In this document: positions 51,692 through 63,787 of the stretch, piece after piece
How positions within the stretch are numbered: the stretch's first letter is position 1
How the letters are laid out: each line of letters opens with the position of its first letter
Source: Haliotis rufescens
Taxonomy: Eukaryota
DNA length: 64,000 bases
Assembly (NCBI RefSeq): GCF_023055435.1
Contig: NW_025964223.1
Coordinates: forward strand, 27,218,001 to 27,282,000
Direction of reading: 5' to 3'
Translations under genes and position numbers: made by a program
Notes under the pieces: generated by a model
Databases searched by the model: none
Told to the model about the DNA's origin: nothing
What the model saw: the letters and a program-made list of their open reading frames with translations, nothing else

Positions 51692-51831
51692 CTGAGTTTG
51701 ATTGGGAAAAGCAACATGAAAGATTTGCAGAAGAATTGGAGGCACACTCATTTAATGACTCAAAGCAAAATGGCAATCGGACCAGGGATTCAGGCTTTGA
51801 CACAGCTGAAAAGAGCTACAGACTTCAAGAG
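51692..51831 (+). CDS. PATL1: PATL1 exon 3
   Basis: EFDWEKQHERFAEELE matches the Pat1 DW..HE motif; phase 1/0. Confidence 0.9.
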
Positions 51832-51872
51832 GTACAAAATGTTTCCAGTTGCACCTTATCATCCTTGAGTAC

Positions 51873-51946
51873 TGGGGAGTGATGTACAATTACAAGACTT
51901 GAATCTCACATGTAAACAAGTTCTTGCTAGATAGTATCTGACCTCA
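51873..51946 (+). ncRNA. C/D box snoRNA copy D (PATL1 intron 3)
   Basis: Box C 51879-51885, box D 51938-51941, same guide. Confidence 0.87.
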
Positions 51947-52626
51947 CTCAGTTTCAGCACTCTCTTCTGCAAAGTAAAATTGTTCCCTGCAGTTGGATAA
52001 AAAGTTGGTTCATATGATCCTTTAGAGTCTTTATTGGCATTTTGAAGTTGGATGTAATCATGATGAGGAGTACTAAAGAAAACAACTTCTATAGCACAGT
52101 ATATCTACACTTGACCTGATGAAGGGGCAAGAAGTAGCATTGTGCATGTATGTATGATAAGTGAAGTTGTTATCCATTATACTCCTTGTCATAATGTCAT
52201 CCTTATGGTGAAGCATTGAAGGAGTTAGTTGTGACATTCATGAAGGTCAAGGTCACTGGAAAGGTGGTCCTTGTTTCTTTGTTTGTATCAACAAACTCCC
52301 TGTATTGGTATGACATGTTGGTACGAGCTAGGAACCATTTTTCCAACTAGCAATGAGCAAACATGTAATTGGCTGAAATGGAGAGTCAAGGTTATTAGGT
52401 AGCTAGTGTCATGGGACTCTTTCAGTTGCTCTGCATTTATAAGAAGAATGTTCCCCTACAATTGCATGTATGTTCCTCAAGGTACTTTAATCTGTATTTA
52501 GTTTGTAATAGACATGGTGGTATGTAATGATTTTGGGGGCCTTCTGGAAATGGTGTTGAAGGGCTGCTTCAAGCACCTCATTATGATAATGTTCCTGTGT
52601 AATATTCTTCACTTTCTTGTCCCCAG

Positions 52627-52743
52627 GAGATCATGGAACAGAGCATCAACCACCTGGTGTTGGATGAAGAGGAGGAGCGCCACCTCGTTGACCCAGCCAT
52701 TGTCAATGTGTCTGGAAGTGCTGCCATACCATTCTCATCTCAT
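52627..52743 (+). CDS. PATL1: PATL1 exon 4
   Basis: EIMEQSINHLVLDEEEERHLVDPAIVNV contains the Pat1 DPAI motif. Confidence 0.88.
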
Positions 52744-52868
52744 GTAGGTTATCACAATCATTTGTCATTCACTTGTCACTGTGACTCACACACAAGCACC
52801 TGTTGAAATATCACTATCAACTACAATTGTCACAGTGCTGCAGTGTGTCGTTTCCATACTTTGAGTAC

Positions 52869-52942
52869 TGGGGAGTGATGTACAATTACAAGACTTGAAT
52901 CTCACATGTAAACAAGTTCTTGCTAGATAGTATCTGACCCCA
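52869..52942 (+). ncRNA. C/D box snoRNA copy E (PATL1 intron 4)
   Basis: Identical core; TGGGG/CCCCA terminal stem. Confidence 0.87.
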
Positions 52943-53615
52943 CTCTGATGCCACACACTTTGTCAAGTGTCAATAATGTTGTGTTACAACTTTCTTGTTC
53001 ATATGTTCTGTTCTGTTTCAACTAACTAGTTAATACAGAAATGAATTTTTTTAGTACTTATGAAAACATTGAAATTGATCTGTATCTGAAAACATAGCTA
53101 ATTGTATAATGTGTGACTGCATCTTCCCACGTCAAGAGTGTCCACTATGTATGTCAATGCCTAGTTTCCACCCTTGCTTTTTCCAGCCTTCCTTTCTTGG
53201 ATAGATTGTGGCACCGCCCTGTGTAGAAAACGAGTTGTGTCCATTGTGATGATATTGTATCAGATAGCTGTTCTTATTTCGTAATGGCTTCACAAAGATG
53301 AATGCCATAGCAGACAACCTGTTCAATCAGATAACAAAAAGATTTGAGATTTCATCCTTGGCGGACAAACAAAATGACAGATTACCACAGTAAAGATACT
53401 TATTACTGCTTCATTTCACTCTTACGATAACAGACGCTCATGGTATCATAGTGTCAAGTAACACTGCATCGCAGTAACATGGCACGCTCAGCAGGGGTCA
53501 TTCTAAAACAGCACAGAATTGATTGCTGCAATAAGTGTTCAGTCGTGTAAGTTAAGAAACAATGCAGTTTGCACTCAAATATATATAAGTACTTGGGGTG
53601 AGTAGATTGAAAATT

Positions 53616-53815
53616 AACCCATGAAGATACAGGTTATAATAGGTCTTCAGCAACCCAGGCTTGCTGTAAAAGGCAACTATGCTTATCGTAAGAGGCGACT
53701 TACAGGATCAGGTGGTCAGGCTTGCTGACTTCATTGATGCATGTCATCATATCCCAATTGTGTGGATCAGTGCTCATGATGTCAGTCACTAGATTGTCTG
53801 GTCCAGACTTGATTT
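53616..53815 (+). mobile_element. Non-tRNA SINE-like element copy, 3' truncated
   Basis: Homology to 57857-58107. Confidence 0.8.
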
Positions 53816-54205
53816 AAATTTTTTTTTTTAAATCTTTGTCTTTCGCACAATTTTTAGAATAATTTTAGAACAACATTGACCACATTTTGGGAACCAGGAT
53901 GTTGATTTTGTAAAATTCTGCCTAATTGGTCTGTCGATATACATACGATAATCCTCTCATATTTTAGCACAGAAAAGTAGGCAAGGGTGAAACTAGGTTT
54001 TGTTACAGGCTAGTGGACACTCTTGCCTTGGGAAGATAGCGTGGCTGTTTCATGACGTATGAGTAGGCACATGGTTGAGCAAGTGTGGGTCTATCACAGA
54101 TCCTGTAAATAACATTACTGTAGCAAGCAAACTTAGAATGAAAAGAAAGCTCGAAAGCCATGGCTATTTTTTTTTTAGGAATTTTATGGTGTTTCTTGAT
54201 TGCAG

Positions 54206-54274
54206 AAAGAAACTAATCTTGACAAGCTGTTTGGACCATCTTCCCCACCAGCTTTCCTAGACACAGAACACTTG
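54206..54274 (+). CDS. PATL1: PATL1 exon 5
   Basis: KETNLDKLFGPSSPPAFLDTEHL; tgcag/gtaagg; phase 0/0. Confidence 0.8.
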
Positions 54275-54801
54275 GTAAGGACTGAACACAATATCTGCAG
54301 TCTTCAGTGTTGTCAAAGGGATCAGTTTGGTTAAATCATCAGGATATTTAGATAGCTACTCTCTGCAGCATAGAAGATTGGTGATATCTTTCAGCCATCA
54401 GTTGATCATTATGATGATTTGTTTCCTGAGCATAGCTCCACTCCTGTTAAAATTTGTATTCTCAAAACTGTGCTCCACATGTTCTAGTAGGAATGTAGTG
54501 CCTGCTGTTATGGTAGGATTGTTTACATTTTCATTGATGCACACTGAAGGTTTAATATGTTCGTTTCTGAATCACTAATAACACTAAAATACTAACTGAA
54601 AAATGAAGTTTGATTGTTCATCTTTAGGTAGCATCATCATGTTAAAACACGGTTGAACACTGTTCTGGGCCCACTTGCACGAAGCCATCAAAAGTCTATA
54701 TAAAAGTATGGGAGTTACGTTCATCGTAGCACCTAGTAGACCCTGCTCTTTCTGTTTGTAGTTACCTGTTTCTGTTCATGTGTACATGTGACCACTTCCA
54801 G

Positions 54802-54939
54802 GTATCCCCCACCAGCAAGAACATATGGGGTTCACCGGCCCGTGACTCACCGTTCTCAAAACCTGTGAACAACAACCTGCAGGCTCTGTTTGACTTTGCC
54901 AAGGGGGCAGGGACAGGAAGTCCTACCCAGACTTCCAGT
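54802..54939 (+). CDS. PATL1: PATL1 exon 6
   Basis: VSPTSKNIWGSP...; ccag/gtaagt. Confidence 0.85.
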
Positions 54940-55536
54940 GTAAGTTGTTCTGTAGCTCGTTCTGGTCACCCAATGGCAGGTAGAACAGGTCCCCATCAGC
55001 TCTTTATGGTCAGATTTGGCAGAGGTTTACAAAGCATGTTCTGGTTGATTGTGTGTCTTTGTGCCCTGCTGCTTATTCTATCAACCACTGGTTAAATTTG
55101 ATTAGTCCTGATAGGTTCTACAGGGAGCCAACAGTTGGCTACTCTTCTGGTCATACAGCATCTTAGATGGTGCATATTTGCCCTCAGTGGATGCCACAGA
55201 TGTATGACTTTCCAGGAAAGACCATTTGTGATCAGTTACTTGGGCACAATGTCCCAAACCATCTTGATACAACTGTTGTAGGGGTTGATGATATAAGTGG
55301 ATTTTAGGTCAACATTGCTTTGTGGAAGGATTTGTTTGTTTTGTTTTGTAGCTTGACAATATTGATTTGATTAACAAGTTGCCATGATTTCCTTGTCATC
55401 TTGGTAATAGTGTTGTGAATAGCACACTGAGTCATTAAGTCATGTCAAACATGGATATGTATGGAGATATATTCCTCATCACACATCACAACATATGAAA
55501 TATAGAACAGGTATGCTAGTATATTCAATCCTAAGA

Positions 55537-55797
55537 GACCCGTGAAGATTCTGGGGTAGAATAAGTCTTCAGCAACCCATGCTTGCCGTAAAAGATGACT
55601 ATGCTTGTCGAAAAAAGCGACTAACATGATCGGGTGGTCAGGCTTGCTGACTTGGTTGATGCATGTCATCGATCCCAATTGCGTGGATCAATGCTCATGA
55701 TATTAATCCCTGGATTTTCTGGTCCAGACTCGATTATTTACAGACCACCGTCATATAGCTGGTATATTGCTGAGCGCGGCATTAACCAACCAACCAA
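55537..55797 (+). mobile_element. Non-tRNA SINE-like element, full length
   Basis: TSD CAATCCTAAG, (AACC)n tail. Confidence 0.88.
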
Positions 55798-55830
55798 ATC
55801 AATCCTAAGTGTGTTGAATGTGACTTACAG

Positions 55831-56154
55831 AAACCATCAGTTATCCAAGCCAAGCCTCGTGTGTCAGGCATCCTGCCTGCTCCCCAGTCTCCCATAGTTC
55901 CTTCAAGTGCCCAAACACTGGCAGAGATCGAGAACCAGCTGCTGAAGAAGAAGACTCCCACGGTGATGACGGCAGAGGAGTTGGAGCGCCAGATGAGAGG
56001 AGAGTCCCCACCGAACCGACATCCTGTGAAGAGAACAATTGCCACCCCTGGCAGTGTCTCCACCTTTCCAGATCACAAGTCCCCTTTCTCCATGCCAGTA
56101 CCCATCCAACCCATCTGTAGACCACTTGGTCCCATGATGCCAAACTTATCACAG
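55831..56154 (+). CDS. PATL1: PATL1 exon 7 (Pro-rich region)
   Basis: AQTLAEIENQLL...VMTAEELERQM; acag/gtaagg. Confidence 0.85.
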
Positions 56155-57086
56155 GTAAGGTCGGTAGAGGAGGTGTGATGTTATTCACGTCATAGCAATG
56201 TCACATACAGATAAAATGACTTCCTGAAATGAAAGCTTGAGATGTATAATCTGTATATGCCAATTGTAAATACTGATGTGTTTGTGACTCGTTTAGAAAT
56301 TATCCTGTTAAAAATGTTGTTTCAGGTCCCTTTTTAAGTGTATCAGTTCAGGTGCTGCCCCAAGTGTGTAACATTTCATATCAACTCATAACAGCCATAT
56401 ATACGGCTGAGACATTATTCACTGGGGTACAGTTCATGTATGATGCCTTCATTTTTGATTAGTAAATTAAGATCATGTTCGCAAGTTGAAAAGGATCACT
56501 GGGTTGTTATGCTGATTTTCCGGAAATACGGTATTGCATATATATTTGTAGACAATCAACTAAAATTCATTGCGCAATGGTGATATATTTTGCATATTTT
56601 ACGCAAATACACAGCTTATCTGGACCTCAGTTTGGTGTATTATCAATACTAGTGTATGTGGTGTGTTGTCACTGAAGGCACTTTTCAACATATCCTATTA
56701 TCATTGCATTGTATCTCCACTAAAGTATCATGATATCAGTGTCGATAACCATGTATTCTTGTGCCCATAGTGTAGGACTGGTGGGTATGTTTTGAACAAG
56801 TCATGCACACCACTTAGAAATAACTTGATCTTATAATTCCCTAGCCCTAGACAAATTAGTTTACTGGTTTAAAATTATGTTTGATTAGGGTGTTCAACAG
56901 CATTTGACAAGTCCTTATGATTTTTAATTAGGCCCAGGGTTTTTTGTGTCTTGTTTTGTAAGCATATATTTATATGCCCTGATTTGACTTGCAGTCATTG
57001 TGATTCTTAATAAAGGTTCAGATCTCTGCAGCACCATTGGCAACTCCTATCTATTTCACCTGAACATGGGAGGTAACTTGTTTCAG

Positions 57087-57207
57087 CCACCGCCGGGTTT
57101 CAGCCCGGTGCCGGTCTCCCGTTCTCATGACGGACGCGTGTCACCCCTCCACCAACGATCAATGACCCCGCCCCTTGGAGGGCACTCACCAGGCCAGGGC
57201 TTTATGG
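57087..57207 (+). CDS. PATL1: PATL1 exon 8
   Basis: PPPGFSPVPV...; tttcag/gtaggt; phase 0/1. Confidence 0.8.
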
Positions 57208-57856
57208 GTAGGTTGAGCTGTTTACGTTTCTTCACTCTTTGTGAAGTGACTGTTGTGAAAACCATTGGGGGTTTTTTTTGGTAAGGTTTTTGCTGGTATG
57301 AATGAATATTTACTTGATAATTTCTGATCAGGTGATTTTAGGAAAGTGCATTTCTGTCATTGTTTTTTTATTTTAATGTTGTGATTCATATTAAATACAT
57401 AGTTAGAAGTATACATGTTGCATGTTAACACTTATCCTAATGGTAATCTTTACCTGGGTAGCCAGTGAATGATCATGTAGTGGACGTTGCATGTGTGTAG
57501 TATATCTTGTATAGTGTGCATTTGTAGATTAATATATGCTTTGGTTGTGGAACAATGTTATGGCATGTCATCTTTAAGGAAACAGTCTGACAAAGTGGAC
57601 ATTTTGATGGAATATTTCGTTCATGTTCATGACAAATAGAACATATAGTATTTTGAAGGTCTCAAAACTCTCAGGCTTTCACTCAGATTTGTTGGCCCTG
57701 TGTGGATGTGTAGGTTTCTTCAGCCAATTTCTAATTCTAATAAATTTGGGCTTCATTGTCAAACTTCTGCCTTGGACATGTTAGACAGTAATATGCTGCT
57801 TGAAATCTTTGATTTGTTAAAACTGAGAATTTAAAAGCCTACATTCTGATTTGCCG

Positions 57857-58107
57857 GACCTGTGAAGATCCGGGGTAGAATAGGTCTTCAGCAACCAATG
57901 CTTGCCGTAACAGGCGACTATGCTTGTCGTAAAAGGCGACTAACGGGATCGGGTGGTCAGGCTCGCTGACTTGGTTGATGCATGTCATCGATTCCCAATT
58001 GCGTGGATCGATGCTCATGATATTAATCACTGGATTTTCTGGTCCAGGCTCGATTATTTACAGACCACCATCATATAGCTGGCGTAAAACAACAAATCAA
58101 CCAACCA
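57857..58107 (+). mobile_element. Non-tRNA SINE-like element, full length
   Basis: TSD TCTGATT(T/G)GCCG, (AACC)n tail. Confidence 0.88.
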
Positions 58108-58843
58108 ATCTGATTGGCCGATGAGAAATTTCATTTCATGTAGTTTTTGTCAATTGTGACTGAGAGGTGTGGAATCGAAGTAAAAGATCTGAGGAACTTC
58201 AAGACTTGGTTAATATCAGATTTGTAGTACTAAGGAGTAGTCGACCATAACATTGAAGGGTGATCTAATTGGTTTTGATTGGTAATTTTACTTAATTTGA
58301 AGTCATGGTACAATGGAGGTAAACCTACTCTGTTTTTAAATTTTAGGATAGTTCATCGTTGATGAAACACTGCTAAATGTTACATTTTTTAACTTACCCT
58401 GCATTACTCCTTAACATTCGCTGTTTTGGGCAGAAGGAAGAGCTGTGTGAGGCCTTGCTGAAGGTGTTCCAACTGGTTGTGTGGCTAATCTCATTACACA
58501 GCTCCCACGTGACCACCGTAGTGATGGCATCATGTATTAACACATGACTACTGCCACTCAGAGAGAACAGTCACCTGTTTTGAGCTCTCATCTGTATCTA
58601 TTACAATACTTTGCGTTTTATTACACTATTATTTTATATGAACTATATCCTACCTTTATGGTTTGTGTCTTCATATATTACATATGCTCTTAAGATTTAA
58701 CACTTGATTGTGGCTTTTTGTCAGTGTGTATCAGGCATATAGTTGTTCCAATAAGCCATTTAGAATTAACCTGTGTTCTGGGATTTAGGATATTACATAC
58801 ACACACAATCGTGGGAACACGTTGTGATGACACCTTTTGCTTC

Positions 58844-59510
58844 ATTATCCCCCGCCCCAACGATGTTGGCTTGGGATATACAAACGGGTTCCGTCCGTCT
58901 GTGTGTACGTGCGTCTGTGCGCGCGTCCCAAAAACGTTTCTGGAGCATAACTCAGAAAAATAAGTATTTCTTTACGAAACTTTGCATGTCTATCAGACTC
59001 ATGCTGAACTGGTGCCTTTTGCTATTTAGGAATTTTAGAAATTTTGATATTTTTTTTTACGTTTCCATGGCAACAAGTTGTACTTAGGTTCTATAAGGGT
59101 GGTGTTCGTTTCTGGAGCACAACTCAAAACCCATTCAATACTTTCTAACAAAACTTTGCATGTCTATCAGACATATACTGAACTGATGCCTTTTGCTATT
59201 TAGGAATTTTAGAAATTTTGATATTTTTTTTTTACGTTTCCATGGCAACAAGTTGTACTTAGGTTCTATAAGGGTGGTGTTCGTTTCTGGAGCACAACTC
59301 AAAAACCGTGAAATACTTTCTTACAAAACTTTGCATGTCTACTAGGCACATACTGAACTGGTGCCTTTTGATATTTAGCACTTATTTTTATCTTTTACGT
59401 TTCCATGGCAACAAGTTGGACTTAGCAAAAAATAAGGGTAGGGTTTGACTCTGGATGAAACTTTCCACATCTATCAGACACATGCTGAATTGTTGCCTTT
59501 TGCTATTCAG
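58844..59510 (+). mobile_element. Second HINE-like element with ~173-bp tandem units, nested in the DIRS
   Basis: TTATCCCCCGCC start, GTCC/GT microsatellite, GTTTCTGGAGCA repeated at ~58937, 59108, 59283. Confidence 0.7.
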
Positions 59511-59886
59511 CATCCCATAGGAAAAGCTAAGAGCATACGCTTTTCCACCTCCCATAACCAACAACCAACTTCTTCCCAGGGTGATGCAGAAGATCAGGGC
59601 ACCCAAGATCCTCGTTCTCATTGTGATCGCATCTTGGTGACCGGCGAGAGGGTGGTCCTTAGACCTCAGTCTTTCAGGAAGCCATCCACTTCCTCTACCG
59701 GGGTGGTTCAACCTACACATCCGTCTGCACAGGTTACCACATCCAACGCCAAGCAGGTCTCATATGCACACCTGACTCATCTTAAGAGAGCTTGAGGCTA
59801 TTCAGCATGGGCAGTTAAGACCATTGCTGTGGTACATTGACCTTCAACCCGAGACCTTCATGATGATAGTGGCTTTCCTATGGAAC

Positions 59887-60027
59887 GGCTCGTCAAGCTG
59901 AAGACCCGGGTTCGATTCCCGACATGGGTACAATGTGTGAAGCTCATTTCAATGTGTGTCCCTTGCCATGATATTGCTAGAATATTGCTAAAAGCCTCGT
60001 AAAACCATACTCACTCACACACTCACT
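59887..60027 (+). mobile_element. tRNA-head SINE, 5'-truncated, inserted in the DIRS relic
   Basis: Homology to the family; TSD CCTATGGAAC. Confidence 0.85.
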
Positions 60028-61651
60028 CCTATGGAACCTTTTGTGAAGGAAAGGATCAGGACCCCACTACTGCGTCACCTCAATTCTTGGCTGAATACCT
60101 CCTTTATCTGCGGACCAAGCAACACCTGAAAGGCAGCACCATTACTGCCTATTTTGGTGACTCTCAATTTGGTGTTGGCAGATCCGGAATATAAGATAAT
60201 GACCAAGATCCCGGAACTACAAGCGCTATGACACTCATTGCGTCTTGAAAATCAGAAGGCCAAGTCTTGCCCTCCTGCATGGGATTAGAATGTCGTACTT
60301 CTGTTTGCATGCTTCCTTGTTCGAGCCTCTTCACACAACATGATTTTATAACTTCAACAAGGAGATGATCATCTTATTGGCACTGGCCAAGGTGGCAAGG
60401 GTTAGAGAGCTTAACACTCTCGACATTACCCGCAAACGCTTTGAGCATGCTACACACAGAGCTGTTCACCTTGGGCTGTGATGGGATTTCATTGCCGAGA
60501 ATCAACTCAACCAGTCCTTCTCCATAACACCTTTGACATCATCGAATGATGGAACCGAAGGCGACAAGGAACTTCTGTTGTGCCCTTTGCACGTCTGTCT
60601 TCTCCAAGATTCTGTCTGCATGGTGCTCGGAAATGCATGTTTATTCCCGCCTTTTAGACCTCCACGACTAAAGCTGCAGCACCATATCATTATTGTTGCA
60701 TGCCATCATCCTTCAGGCCTATGATATCGTCAACCTTGATCCAAATAGAGCTAACAATCCTCATGTGATCAGATGGCTCTGAAAAGTAATTGCTCTGTGA
60801 CAACCATCATAGAAGGATGCTTTTGGAGGTCTGACACTGTCTTCGCAAGCCACTACCTGAGAATCGTAGCCTTGGAAGATGTCAAAGGCTCCTGTCCACA
60901 GCCAGCCTTACCTGACTCATGCAGTTTTCACACACCCAACAGGGGGTTGATTCTGCTAACCAGCAGTTTGGCTTGGTGAATCAGTTCCTAGACTTGAGCA
61001 CACACTTATTTCTCTTGCTGCTTTTAAGAAGGACATACTCATACTCTCGTACTGTCTGCAGACAGGATTGTTCGAAGTAGTTACAGATCTGCACTCAACG
61101 TCTGCTGTGAAGTACTGGAGTTTCTTTTCACTGAGATCCCTCATCTGAAGGTATGCCCTATGCCATACCGTCCGATAAAGATGCATTAAGGAGTAATGCA
61201 GGATAAGTTCAAAAAACTAGTAAAATCTAGATAGTTTTTATGTTTGTATACTTATCCTGGATTACTTTGTCTAAAGTGGCCCACCTCTCACAGAGCTGCC
61301 TCCCCTCAATGTCTGCAGATGCCACGACCTTGCAGTAATGTGATGAAGCGGGATGTCATCACTTCCGTGGCCACGTGGGAGCTGTGTGATGGGATTAGCC
61401 ACGCAACCAGTTGGAATAACTTTTTCTTCAGCAAGACCTCACACAGCTCTTCTTTCTGTCGAGAACAATCAGTAAATGCATTAAGGAGCAATGCATGATA
61501 TATACAAATAAAAAAATATCTAGATTTTACTAGTTTTAGAACCTCATGCCAACATTTTCTGTTTTAAATGACATTAAGCTGTGCTTTGTCAGTGATGAAC
61601 CACCTTAAAACTTAAAACAGAATAGGTTTATCTCCTAATTATTGGCATGTC

Positions 61652-62075
61652 CAGTCTCATTGAAATCTTAGTTCTCGCAACTGCTAAACAAAGAACTGAA
61701 GCCATCCCATTATGGGTCATGTCAAAACGACCTTTCATTTGTCCAACCAAAGTATCGCTTACCAGATCAGGAAAGTGACAGTTGGAATGTGTTTTCTGTT
61801 CGCGCAGCCTCTCAAAGGTAAACACGGGGTATTCCAAAAGGCAGTTGCGTGAGATAAACATAACAGAAGAGACTTTTCATAGCCTGTCGAAAGTACTGCC
61901 ATACAATCTTGGCAGTCTATCAGACATTCCCAAATTTTCTTTTGTTCAGTTTTCAAATGTTGAATCAATACTTTCATTGGTCCGTCAAAGTTTGCGAAAG
62001 GTCGTTCTGACGTGACCTGTTGTCCTCAGTTCATTGTTTAGAGGTAGAGAAGTAAAATCTGATTTTAATGACATG
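61652..62075 (-). mobile_element. AcademH-like non-autonomous element (same family)
   Basis: Homologous to 39105-39650; LKTEQKKIWECLIDCQDCMAVLSTGYEKSL is RecQ Walker A-like; 9-bp flanks TGGCATGTC/TAGTATGTC. Confidence 0.7.
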
Positions 62076-62147
62076 TAGTATGTCACATTTTGTCATGAGA
62101 AATTTGGTCGTGTTGAATGTGTTGTCAGTGTGTGTGTCTTGTTACAG

Positions 62148-62285
62148 GCATGTCATCGTCCCCACTTGCCCGGTCCATCTCCCCTACCCCTCCCCAACTT
62201 TGTGGTACCCCAATACATAGAACTCCGTCCCCTGTGCAAGCCAGGTTCATGTCACCCTACAACAGCCCTGCTGCCATCTACATGG
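62148..62285 (+). CDS. PATL1: PATL1 exon 9 (gene continues beyond the window)
   Basis: MSSSPLARSISPTPPQLCGTPIHRTPSP...; phase 1/1. Confidence 0.8.
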
Positions 62286-63787
62286 GTAGGTTTCATCAGT
62301 ACTTGATACACGCAAATTAATGCTTGCCCAGTAAGGCATATCATTTGTAAAAGTTTTTAAGGGCTAGGAGAATGTAGAAAACCATGTGTTCAGTGTCACA
62401 GAAAACTATATTACCTCCAGGGATAGAAACTAACAGTTTTAGTCCACTAGTCCTTATAATGATAACATATAGCAATAACCCTAAATATGGCTACTTTCTT
62501 CTAGTCCTTATGATATTGGGCAGTTTGGCAAGGACTATAGGACTAAAGTTCTCATGGAAATGAAAAAACCCCGGTTTTGCTGGATTTAATAATCGACACA
62601 AAGCATTACGTAGATGTAAATGCGAAATAACAAAACAACTGGAAAAGTACTACTCTGGATTTGCTAGTTTTATCTCGGTGCTCAAAACAAAATGAACTTT
62701 ACAGGAGATAATTTGTAGGCACTTTCAACATTCAAAAATAAAACTAAGTCCAAATTGACATGGCAGAAACAGGCTATAGGCATTATGCAAATTAGCCTGG
62801 AAAAAAAGTTATCAAAACAAAAATAAAAATATGTAAGTTGTTTGCGAAGGGAATATGTTACTTTTTACGTTCTGATATTTTGACAATGATTCACTATCCC
62901 ACAATGCCACTCACAAATCACTAACCACTGACAAATCACATGCACGTGGGTTTCAAGCACCTGTTTTCACCTGTCGTCAAGGTGTCATAAGTCATGGACA
63001 TTCACTTTGATTTACTAACACCTGGTTATGCTCAGTTTCACAATAGTCTGTTTTGTTCATATTTTTACTCACTTTTACGTGTAAAAAGACATAAAAACCT
63101 TTGATACGCTGTATTTGTGCAAAGGCCCAATTAGTACTAATTGAGTTGTTTGAATATTTATATATTTTGTATATTAACTGCATTTATTTAAAATCTGAGA
63201 TCGAAAAAAGTTTTTTTGCATTTCCGTGAGTACTTTAGTGCCAATTTCTAACGCTGACATCCTTGCTGAAATGGATTGCTGTTACTCCCTGTAAACATTG
63301 AATCAGAAACAGTATTATTATGACCAAGAGAAGTATGATTCATCCTTTCTGTAGAATAAATACCAACTGTGTCTCTGTTTTAATATGATACATTCCAGTT
63401 TTGATGCATGAGATGACTTGTGGCATGAAGATCCAATCCTCTATATTAATAATTCATCTTCATGGTCTCCATCGTATGTATATACTTACATACCTACAAC
63501 AGTGTGCAAAACCCTGGATGTTCAAGTTACACTTTTTCTGAATTATCACTGTTCATTAGCACATCAACAAATGGAATTAATTATGTTTTGAAAGACTTAA
63601 TATTTTTCTTTAAGCAAGTTGAAAGTTTAGCACAGTAGTTAACATGTGTGCACAGAATTAATGGCACCTGGACACTTAGATTAAGCCCAGATTATGTAAT
63701 ACTCTAAGTGCAATCCAGTGGTCATCCATACATTAGACCATATTCATGCTTAATGTTTTTAGATTTTCATCTCACTACCAAACACAA

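Larger units (their letters stand above)
58385..61536 (+). mobile_element. Internally deleted DIRS1-type element (related subfamily) in PATL1 intron 8
   Basis: ITRs (58385-58530 / ~61340-61536), ICR ~61180-61266, YR remnants (LLALAKVARVREL, EGCFWRSDTVFASHYLR). Confidence 0.88.
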
